The position numbers and the translations under genes are program-made. From NCBI GenBank assembly GCA_016184105.1, contig JACPDI010000027.1, forward strand, positions 52,112-116,111: 64,000 nt of DNA, read 5' to 3'. The notes under the pieces were generated by a model. It did no database searches and was not told where the DNA came from. It was given only the letters and a program-made list of their open reading frames with translations. Position 1 is the stretch's first letter. Each line of letters opens with the position of its first letter. This stretch comes from Acidobacteriota bacterium. Its GTDB lineage: Bacteria > Acidobacteriota > Vicinamibacteria > Vicinamibacterales > 2-12-FULL-66-21. Shown piece after piece: positions 1 through 6,801 of this stretch.

Positions 1-953
1 TAGCTCCCGCGCGTGTGCTGGAGGCCGCGCGACACGATCGCGCGCAGGTCTTCCCGCGTCAGATCCCGGTTGATGAATCCCGGGTAGACGGCCGACCAGA
101 ACGACTCTCCTCCGGTCACCATGCGCTCGTACAGGCGATCGGCCCGGGAGATCTGGGGATGCGCCGTACTCTCTGCCGGCGCCGCCGCGTGCGTCTGTTC
201 CCCCGGCGGGGGCTCGTCTCTGGGAAGCCCGGCCACGCAGCGCACGACGAGGCGCTCGGCGTAGTTCCGCAGCTCGCGGACGTTGCCCGGCCACGGGTAC
301 GACTGCAGCGTGCTCAGCGTATGCGGCCCAAGCGGGGGGGGCGCAATGTGGTACATCGCCGCGAAGTGCGTGACGAAGTGCGTCACCAGAGGGCCGATGT
401 CTTCCGGCCGCGCGCGGAGGGGGGGAATCTCGATCCGAATCACGTTGAGACGATAGTACAAGTCGCCCCGGAAGGCGCCGGTGGCAATTCCCTCGAAAAG
501 ATTGCGATTGGTGGCCGCGATGATCCGCACGTCGATGCGGGTTTCGCTTCGTGTCGCGCCGATGCGCTGCATCTCGCCGTTCTCGAGAAATCGGAGCAGC
601 AGGCCCTGCATCCTGGGGCTCATCTCGCCAACTTCATCGAGCAGGACGGTGCCGCCGTCGGCGGCTTCCAGAAGTCCGGGCTTGTCGCGATACGCGTCGG
701 TGAAACTGCCCCGCATGTGGCCGAACAGCTCGGATTCCAGGAGGCTGTCGGGCACACCCGCGCAGTTCAGCGTCAGGAAGGGCCGATTCCGCCGTGTGCT
801 GCCTTTGTGAATCAGTTGTGCCGCCACTTCCTTGCCGACGCCGCTCTCGCCCGTGATGAGCACTTTCGCGTCGGAACCGGTCGCGCACTGGATATCTTGC
901 TCCAGACGACGAATAGCTTCGCTCACACCGATCAAACTGTCGGCGACTGGCAT
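1..953 (-). CDS. sigma-54-dependent transcriptional activator (bEBP); AAA+ core begins at about residue 5, no receiver or sensor domain; 3' end runs off the window
   Basis: Absent from the ORF track (no stop in window). My translation of the minus strand from ATG 953: MPVADSLIGVSEAIRRLEQDI..VLITGESGVGKE (Walker A)..ESELFGHMRGSFTDA (GAFTGA-loop variant)..GGTVLLDEVGEM (Walker B)..YYRLNVIRIEIPPLRARPEDI..SYPWPGNVRELRN. Confidence 0.85.
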   Translation of the reverse strand, partial: MPVADSLIGVSEAIRRLEQDIQCATGSDAKVLITGESGVGKEVAAQLIHKGSTRRNRPFLTLNCAGVPDSLLESELFGHMRGSFTDAYRDKPGLLEAADGGTVLLDEVGEMSPRMQGLLLRFLENGEMQRIGATRSETRIDVRIIAATNRNLFEGIATGAFRGDLYYRLNVIRIEIPPLRARPEDIGPLVTHFVTHFAAMYHIAPPPLGPHTLSTLQSYPWPGNVRELRNYAERLVVRCVAGLPRDEPPPGEQTHAAAPAESTAHPQISRADRLYERMVTGGESFWSAVYPGFINRDLTREDLRAIVSRGLQHTRGS

Positions 954-1143
954 TGGGCTCCGATCGTCCCGATCACTCGGGCGGCTCGCGGCTGCCACCC
1001 TTGCTGGGCTGAGGCGCGGACTGTACCGCGACTGGCCGCAGAACACAATATGACTGATGGCATATATCGTACACGTAGAGATCACAGGTTTTTTACAAGG
1101 ATTGGATTGACATCCGGCCGGACTCTCCAGCCATACTTGCGCC

Positions 1144-1773
1144 ATGGCGACCCTGCGAATCGCCGTATTCGGCCACCGGCGGCGGATGCTGGACGGGATC
1201 ACGGATGCCATCCGCAGGCGAAAGGGCGTTCACGTCGTGGGCGCAGAAACCTCTCCGTCCAGGTTCCTGCAGGTTCTGAAGACCACGGACCCGCAGATCG
1301 CCATCCTCAGTCTTCATCGGCAGTCCGACATCCAGTTCGTCAAGCGGGCGCGCGTCGCCGCGCCCGACGCCCGGCTGATCGTCGTCGTGGAGTACCTGTC
1401 GACGGCCCACGTCGTCAGCGTGCTGAGGCTGGGAGCGCGCGCGGTCCTGCCGGCGGATGTCGCCCCGGCGTTGATGGCACGCTGCCTGGACGTGGCAAGC
1501 ACCGGGGGACTCTGGCTGGAGCGCCGGCTGGCGAGCGACGTCGTGCGGCGGCTCCTGAAGACGGCCATGCGGGGGGCCGAAAGCCTCACGCCGCGCGAGC
1601 AGATGATCACCGGAATGGTGGGCAACGGATTGCGGAACAAGGAGATCGCGAACCGCCTCGGAATTTCCGAAGGCACGGTCAAGGTGCACCTGCACTCCAT
1701 CTTCCACAAGCTCGGGATTCAGAGCCGTGTCGCGCTGGCCGCTCTCGTCCGGCCGGCCGGGGAACGCGCCTGA
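1144..1773 (+). CDS. LuxR/NarL-family transcriptional regulator with degenerate (acceptor-less) receiver domain
   Basis: ORF 1144..1773. C-terminal LuxR HTH LTPREQMITGMVGNGLRNKEIANRLGISEGTVKVHLHSIFHKLG. REC-like N-terminus, but IAVFGH replaces the DD pocket, ILSLH replaces the acceptor Asp, and the conserved Lys is Pro. Confidence 0.85.
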   Translation: MATLRIAVFGHRRRMLDGITDAIRRRKGVHVVGAETSPSRFLQVLKTTDPQIAILSLHRQSDIQFVKRARVAAPDARLIVVVEYLSTAHVVSVLRLGARAVLPADVAPALMARCLDVASTGGLWLERRLASDVVRRLLKTAMRGAESLTPREQMITGMVGNGLRNKEIANRLGISEGTVKVHLHSIFHKLGIQSRVALAALVRPAGERA

Positions 1774-1776
1774 CGC

Positions 1777-3258
1777 TCAGTCGTCGCTGAGGCAGGCGAT
1801 GTTCCGGCCGCTCGCCTTCGCGGAATACAAGGCGCGGTCGGCGCGCGCCACCAGATCCGCCGCGTTGTCCGACGGGCGCAGCACCGCCGCCCCGACGCTG
1901 ACGGTCACCCGCGCGCCGCCCGACTGGGCGGCTTGGGAAGTCCAGCGCATGGCGACGGCCCGGCCGATGCGCCGTGCGCTGCGGAGCGCCTGTTCCGCAC
2001 CACTCGCCGGCAGCACGATGACGAATTCGTCGCCGCCGTAGCGCGCGCAGATATCGAACGCGCGGATCGACCGCCGGAACACGTCGCCGACCTCGCGCAG
2101 GACGGCGTCTCCCACCAGGTGCCCGTACGTGTCGTTGACCGCCTTGAATTCGTCCAGGTCGAGCATCAGCAGCGAGAGTTCCAGCCCGTGGCGCCTGGCG
2201 CGCTCGACCTCCGCCTGCAACACCTGCCAGAAATGCTGTCGGCTGAGGAGCCTGGTCAGCGGGTCCAGGGCCGCCGCCTTCGCGAGCGCCTCCGCCTCCT
2301 GCGCGGCGCGATCCGACACCAGGGCCAGCGCAGCCGGCGCCAACATGGCTTTGACGGCCAGCAAGTCGGCGCGGTCGAACGGGCGGCGGTCCGTGCGGTC
2401 CGCGAGACACGCGACGCCGAGCACTTCGCGGCGGGCGCGCAGCGGCACCGCGATGAATGATGCGGTGCGGTAGCGCGGCCGGGGCGGACGGCCGAGCGTC
2501 GCCACGTCGGAAACCACGACAGGCCTGCCGCTCACGTAGGTCCCACCGATGATGCCCACGCCCGGCGCGATCTGCAGGTCGGCGACGAGCGCAGCCGGAT
2601 ACCCACTGGTCGCGACGACGCTCAGAAACGCGGAGGCCGGATCTTTCAGCGCCAGCGCGCCGATGCGCGCGCGCGCCGCACCGGCGAGCGAGTCGACGAT
2701 GAGCTGATACTGCGCCTGTCGCGAGAGACCCACCCCGAGCGCGCGCGAAAACCGGTACGCGCGTCGCATGATCCGGCTCGCCGCGCGGCTGGCCGCGCGT
2801 GCACCGGCGAGCAGGGGCGCGAACGTCAACTCGGCGGCCGCCGACCCCACCGCGCGTGCGGCCGACGCGATCAGCAGCACGCGCGAGCGCGTGGGATCGA
2901 CGGTCAACGGCACGCAGACCCACGGCCGGCCGCCCTGCGTCGACTCGACCGCGATGAATGGCTGCGACAAGTCGCCGCCCAGCATCGCGGCAAGCGAGGC
3001 CGGGTCGGGTTCGAGGTCGGCGCCGCCTGCCGACGCCTCCACGCGCCAGGCACCGTCCTCGCGGAGCATCAGCACTGAGGGCGCCTGCAGCAATGCCGAG
3101 ACAGCCGACGCGAGCGCCTGCCCGACGTCGGATGCCAAGACGAGCGGCCGGATCACCGACGTGATTACTCGTTCCAGCGACGCATCGATTGGGAGGTGGG
3201 CAGACGAATTTCCCGCCGATGGCATGGACGCGGTTCGACGTCGCACAGCGCGTGCCAC
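1777..3258 (-). CDS. GAF-domain diguanylate cyclase (GGDEF)
   Basis: ORF 1777..3258 (GTG). LMLDLDEFKAVNDTYGHLVGD..RAFDICARYGGDEFVIVLP: intact GGDEF plus an RxxD I-site 5 aa upstream. GAF-like central region. Alternative start ATG 3225 if the -24/-12 element at 3242..3257 is real. Confidence 0.85.
   Translation of the reverse strand: MARAVRRRTASMPSAGNSSAHLPIDASLERVITSVIRPLVLASDVGQALASAVSALLQAPSVLMLREDGAWRVEASAGGADLEPDPASLAAMLGGDLSQPFIAVESTQGGRPWVCVPLTVDPTRSRVLLIASAARAVGSAAAELTFAPLLAGARAASRAASRIMRRAYRFSRALGVGLSRQAQYQLIVDSLAGAARARIGALALKDPASAFLSVVATSGYPAALVADLQIAPGVGIIGGTYVSGRPVVVSDVATLGRPPRPRYRTASFIAVPLRARREVLGVACLADRTDRRPFDRADLLAVKAMLAPAALALVSDRAAQEAEALAKAAALDPLTRLLSRQHFWQVLQAEVERARRHGLELSLLMLDLDEFKAVNDTYGHLVGDAVLREVGDVFRRSIRAFDICARYGGDEFVIVLPASGAEQALRSARRIGRAVAMRWTSQAAQSGGARVTVSVGAAVLRPSDNAADLVARADRALYSAKASGRNIACLSDD
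3242..3257 (-). promoter_or_regulatory. sigma-54-type -24/-12 candidate upstream of the GGDEF gene: TGGCAC-gcgct-GTGCG
   Basis: Reverse complement of 3242..3257 reads TGGCACGCGCTGTGCG, with correct GG-N10-GC spacing. Lies inside the longest ORF but 18 nt upstream of the in-frame ATG 3225. Confidence 0.4.
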
Positions 3259-3390
3259 GCGAACGCTTCACCTGCCGATATCCGGCGTGTGCCGTCGCGC
3301 ATGGGTTCGACGTTCGGCAGATGTTTGTCCGTTGCCGCGGCGACTTGTTCGCGCGGTGGGGACGATCTGCTGCCACCGCTGCGGTTTCGG

Positions 3391-3406
3391 CGGAATACTG
3401 CTTGCA
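3391..3406 (+). promoter_or_regulatory. weak sigma-54-type -24/-12 candidate: CGGAAT-actgc-TTGCA
   Basis: GG-N10-GC spacing is correct and the -12 TTGCA is perfect, but the -24 is poor. About 43 nt upstream of ATG 3449. Confidence 0.3.
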
Positions 3407-3448
3407 CGACTCGCGGCACCCTGCGACGGCTGAGTGCGGACGGCAACC

Positions 3449-3706
3449 ATGGAAATACGTTTCATCTCATCGATGACCCCGGAGGATGAGGCCCTGTGCG
3501 CGTCAGCACTGTTCACCGCCGTGCGCGACGTACTGGTGCACTTCCCGATCGCGTTCAACCTGCGCATTGAAACGACGGGGGGACGCATCTTTCAGCACGA
3601 TCACACGGCGCGAAAGATGCCCGCGTCGCTCCAGGCGCCGGTGGTCTTCGATCGCAGGAGCGGTCGTGACCGCCGCGCAGAGGCCGGCCAACGCGTGGAG
3701 ACGTGA
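3449..3706 (+). CDS. small hypothetical protein (85 aa)
   Basis: ORF 3434..3706 trimmed to ATG 3449 (MEIRFISSMTPEDE..). Non-shadow amino-acid composition. Its stop overlaps the next start (TGATG at 3704..3708), suggesting translational coupling. C-terminal FDRRSGRDRR tail. Confidence 0.45.
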   Translation: MEIRFISSMTPEDEALCASALFTAVRDVLVHFPIAFNLRIETTGGRIFQHDHTARKMPASLQAPVVFDRRSGRDRRAEAGQRVET

Positions 3707-5847
3707 TGGCGCGCGCGCGCGCGGCTCCCGCCGCCCTGCTGTGTCTGCTCGCTCTGCCGTGCGCCGACGCGGCGGCGGCCGTGCCGCGGCCCGACCAGGT
3801 GCTGGTCGTGGCCAACGGCACGAGCCGCGCGTCGATGCAACTGGCGGACTACTACGTCCGGGCGCGCGGGATTCCCGCGGACCACGTGGTGCGAATCGCG
3901 GTGCCCCCGCAGGACGAGATCTCGCGCGCCGAGTACGCGCGGAACGTCGAGCGGCCGGTCGCGGAGTGGCTGCTGCGGCGCGGCGCGCAGGACCGCGTCC
4001 GGTACATCGTCCTGATGAGAGGGGTGCCGCTGCGAATCGCCGGCACCCTGGGCCGGGAAGGCACGACGGCCAGCGTCGACTCCGAACTCGCGCTGATCTA
4101 CCGGCGGCTCGCGGGAGGGCCCGTCAAGATCGCCGGACCGGTACAGAATCCGTACTTTCTTGGCCTGGAGCCGCTGGACGCGGCCCGGCCGTTTTCCCAC
4201 CAGGCACACGACGTCACGCTCGTCTCGCGCCTTGACGGCGTGACCGAGGCGCACGTGCGCGCGTTCATCGACCGGACCGGGACACCCGCCGTCGACGGCG
4301 TTTTCGCGCTCGACAGGTCCGGGACCGAGGATGCGGTGCGCGAGCGCCTGTTCCGCGAGGCCGCCGCGGCCCTCCTCGCCCGCGGCTTCGAGGGACGCGT
4401 GGTGACCGATGACACTTCGCGTCCGCTGCGGACGGACCAGGCGCTGCTCGGCTACTTTTCGTCGGGCGCGGTCCACGGTCACCCGCGCCTGCCCGAGGCG
4501 CGCTTCGCGCCGGGCGCGATTGCATCCGGCCTGTTCGCCGGCGATGCCGGCACATTCCAGGGGGCTGCGACCGCAGGCAGCCCCGGGCTCGGGGCCTTGA
4601 TCGGCGCGGGCGCTGCAGCGGCCGGATCGGTGGCGGATCCGTACGTCGACGGCGCGATTCGGCCGGCCATTCTATTTCCGGCTTATCTGGCGGGCATGAA
4701 CCAGGTCGATGCTTTTTATCTCGCGTTGCCCTATCTCAGTTGGCAGTCGGTCATCGTCGCCGACCCGTTCTGCGCGCCGTTCGGGCGGCGGCAGGGGGAG
4801 GAGGCCCCGGTCGAAGAGCCCGCGATCGACGCGCGCACCGGGCTGCCGCACTGGTTCGCGGCGCGCCGGGTGGCCGCGCTCGCGCCGGAGTCGGCGGTGG
4901 ATGGGGCGCGCGTTCAGATGGCGCTGGCAGAGACGCGGCTGGCGCGCGACGATTTCGCCGCCGCGGAGCAGGCAATCGAAGCGGCGATCGCGCTCGACCC
5001 GCGTTTCGTGCGCGCCCGGCTGTTCCAGGCAGGACTCCTGAAGCGCGCTGGGTTCCACGAGCGGTCGGCCGAGGCGTACCGCGAGGTGCTCGCGGTCGAT
5101 CCGAACAACGTGCCGGCGCTGAACGACCTCGCGTACCTGATCGCCGTCGATCTGCGGCGGCCCGCCGAGGCGCTCCCGTACGCCGAGAGGGCATTTCGTC
5201 TCGCCGAAGGAGACTCGGCGATCGCCGATACGATCGGCTGGGTTCATCACCTGCTCGGAGACAACATCACCGCCCGCCGGTACCTCGAGCAGGCGGTGAG
5301 CGGATCGCCGGAGCGTCAGGAGTTCCGGATCCACGCGGCGCTCGTGTACGCGGCGTTGGGTGAGACGGACCTCGCGGTGCGGGAGCTGGCGGCGGCCGAC
5401 GCCTTGTCGGGAGCGGCTGCCGAAGCGCCAGCGCCCGCACGCCCGCGGAAGGTTGATGGAGCCGCGCCGGTGGGGGCCCCCGTGGTGGCGACGCCGAGTC
5501 GCTCGACAGGGGGACGGCGCGCGGCGGCGCCGGGGCGACGCCCGAAGCCCGTCGGCAGCGCGGGGCCTGGGGGAAAAGCCGGTCGTGCCGCGCAGCCGCG
5601 CACGACCCGGCCGGTCCCGCGCGCTCGTCGCGGTGGCGCCGCGCGGCCGATGACGGCGACTGAAGTCGGCCTCCCGGCGGTCTGTTCTCCGGCGCCCGTC
5701 CGCGCGCGCCGGTTGACGAACGACTGCCGCTGCGGCGAAACGTCGCGCGCCGTCAACGACTTCCGCGTCGCGTGCGCCGGTGGCGCGCCCGCGGACGGTT
5801 GTGGCAGCCGCTTTGCTCCGTGTCGCCACGTCGCGGCAGGCGACTAA
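3706..5847 (+). CDS. secreted TIGR03790-like protein fused to a C-terminal TPR domain, with a low-complexity tail
   Basis: ORF 3703..5847. Signal peptide MARARAAPAALLCLLALPCADAAAA. N-terminal VLVVANGTSRASMQLADYYVRARGIPADHVVRI..RYIVLMRGVPLRI matches my memory of the TIGR03790 family. TPR repeats at about 4900..5390. The last 150 aa or so are Ala/Pro/Arg-rich. Confidence 0.75.
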   Translation: MARARAAPAALLCLLALPCADAAAAVPRPDQVLVVANGTSRASMQLADYYVRARGIPADHVVRIAVPPQDEISRAEYARNVERPVAEWLLRRGAQDRVRYIVLMRGVPLRIAGTLGREGTTASVDSELALIYRRLAGGPVKIAGPVQNPYFLGLEPLDAARPFSHQAHDVTLVSRLDGVTEAHVRAFIDRTGTPAVDGVFALDRSGTEDAVRERLFREAAAALLARGFEGRVVTDDTSRPLRTDQALLGYFSSGAVHGHPRLPEARFAPGAIASGLFAGDAGTFQGAATAGSPGLGALIGAGAAAAGSVADPYVDGAIRPAILFPAYLAGMNQVDAFYLALPYLSWQSVIVADPFCAPFGRRQGEEAPVEEPAIDARTGLPHWFAARRVAALAPESAVDGARVQMALAETRLARDDFAAAEQAIEAAIALDPRFVRARLFQAGLLKRAGFHERSAEAYREVLAVDPNNVPALNDLAYLIAVDLRRPAEALPYAERAFRLAEGDSAIADTIGWVHHLLGDNITARRYLEQAVSGSPERQEFRIHAALVYAALGETDLAVRELAAADALSGAAAEAPAPARPRKVDGAAPVGAPVVATPSRSTGGRRAAAPGRRPKPVGSAGPGGKAGRAAQPRTTRPVPRARRGGAARPMTATEVGLPAVCSPAPVRARRLTNDCRCGETSRAVNDFRVACAGGAPADGCGSRFAPCRHVAAGD
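5802..5817 (+). promoter_or_regulatory. sigma-54-type -24/-12 promoter candidate for the PEP-CTERM gene: TGGCAG-ccgct-TTGCT
   Basis: Reads TGGCAGCCGCTTTGCT. 59 nt upstream of ATG 5876, with SD GGAGGAG at 5861..5867 inside the predicted leader. Confidence 0.65.
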
Positions 5848-5875
5848 GCTCGTTCAGTGTGGAGGAGACCACAAC

Positions 5876-6538
5876 ATGATCAGGAGACTCTCTCTCGTTA
5901 CCGCGGCCGTCGCGCTGGCGTTGGGGCTCTCGGCCCCGGCGGCGCAGGCGGGCGCGATTATCGACTTCGGAACCGGAACTGCGGGCGCGGGCGGAACAAT
6001 CACCGTCAGCGGATCGCACGCCACCGGCAGCGGCATCCTTCTCGACGCGATGACGGTGCTCGGCTCTTCGGCCGACGGCGTGTACGACCTGTCGGGAGCG
6101 GGGGTGTCGGCAACCGCCGGCGGCGGCTCGAGCGCGGAGCTGTTCTTTGACACCGCGCTCGGTACCATTTCGGTCATCGGCGGGGTCCCGACCCTAGGAA
6201 TCGCGAGCGGGACGACGCTGCTGAGCGGAACGATCAAGAAATTCACGCTGACGACGGCAGGCGCTGTCGTGTCGGTGAGCGCTGTCGGCGCCGACCTGAA
6301 GAACCACGCCCTGCTCGCCGCGCTCGGACTGAACCCGGCATTGCCGTTCAAGTTCTTCAAGTTCACGCTCGGCGCGGACCTCACCTCACCATTCGGACCG
6401 GTGTACACCGCGACGAGCACGGATATCCTGAACGCCCAGGTGCCGGAACCCGGATCGCTCCTGCTTCTCGGTTCGGGGCTGCTCGGAATGGCGGGCGCGG
6501 CGAGGCGGAGGCTCCGCGCTCGGAAACAGCAGGCGTAG
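5876..6538 (+). CDS. PEP-CTERM sorting-domain protein (putative exosortase substrate)
   Basis: ORF 5780..6538 trimmed to ATG 5876 after a strong SD. Signal peptide MIRRLSLVTAAVALALGLSAPAAQA. Gly/Thr/Ser-rich body. C-terminus VPEPGSLLLLGSGLLGMAGAARRRLRARK is a textbook PEP-CTERM (PEP motif, TM helix, Arg cluster). Confidence 0.9.
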   Translation: MIRRLSLVTAAVALALGLSAPAAQAGAIIDFGTGTAGAGGTITVSGSHATGSGILLDAMTVLGSSADGVYDLSGAGVSATAGGGSSAELFFDTALGTISVIGGVPTLGIASGTTLLSGTIKKFTLTTAGAVVSVSAVGADLKNHALLAALGLNPALPFKFFKFTLGADLTSPFGPVYTATSTDILNAQVPEPGSLLLLGSGLLGMAGAARRRLRARKQQA

Positions 6539-6578
6539 TCACCGGAACGCACCTTTCATCTGCACTGAGAGAGAGCTG

Positions 6579-6619
6579 ACGCCCGGTCTGCTGCAGAGCG
6601 GACCGGGCGTTTGTCTTGT
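6579..6619 (+). terminator. rho-independent terminator after the PEP-CTERM gene
   Basis: Perfect 10-bp stem ACGCCCGGTC (6579..6588) / GACCGGGCGT (6601..6610), 12-nt loop, then TTGTCTTGT. Confidence 0.7.
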
Positions 6620-6678
6620 CGGCCGCGCCCGCGGCCTTGGTGAAGACCTCCGCCAGCCAGAGTTTTGGGATCGCGCGG

Positions 6679-6694
6679 GCAGACTCCTGTCTGC
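6679..6694. promoter_or_regulatory. perfect inverted repeat GCAGAC-tcct-GTCTGC (candidate activator site)
   Basis: Read directly. Starts 85 nt upstream of the -24 element at 6764. Shares the GGCAGAC half-site seen at other promoters in this window. Confidence 0.45.
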
Positions 6695-6763
6695 GCCGCC
6701 GCCACCTTCCGTCTCCCGCGCGCGCAAAGGCGCGCGATCCCGCCCCGGACGAGGCGCGGAAGC

Positions 6764-6779
6764 TGGCCGGGTCTTTGCC
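6764..6779 (+). promoter_or_regulatory. sigma-54-type -24/-12 candidate for the TPR lipoprotein gene: TGGCCG-ggtct-TTGCC
   Basis: Reads TGGCCGGGTCTTTGCC. The C of the -12 GC is 24 nt upstream of ATG 6802. Confidence 0.55.
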
Positions 6780-6801
6780 TGAACGGCGTGAGGAGCGTCC
6801 C

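Noticed and set aside
15-1790. 591-aa ORF on the plus strand
   Set aside because: It runs antisense to the well-supported sigma-54 activator gene and straight through the LuxR-type gene in another frame. Its translation is Arg/Ala/Pro/Gly-rich with no motifs. This is a typical high-GC shadow ORF.
1679-3376. 565-aa minus-strand ORF overlapping the GGDEF gene
   Set aside because: It is in a different frame from the ORF carrying the GGDEF/GAF motifs and has low-complexity Arg/Gly/Ala content.
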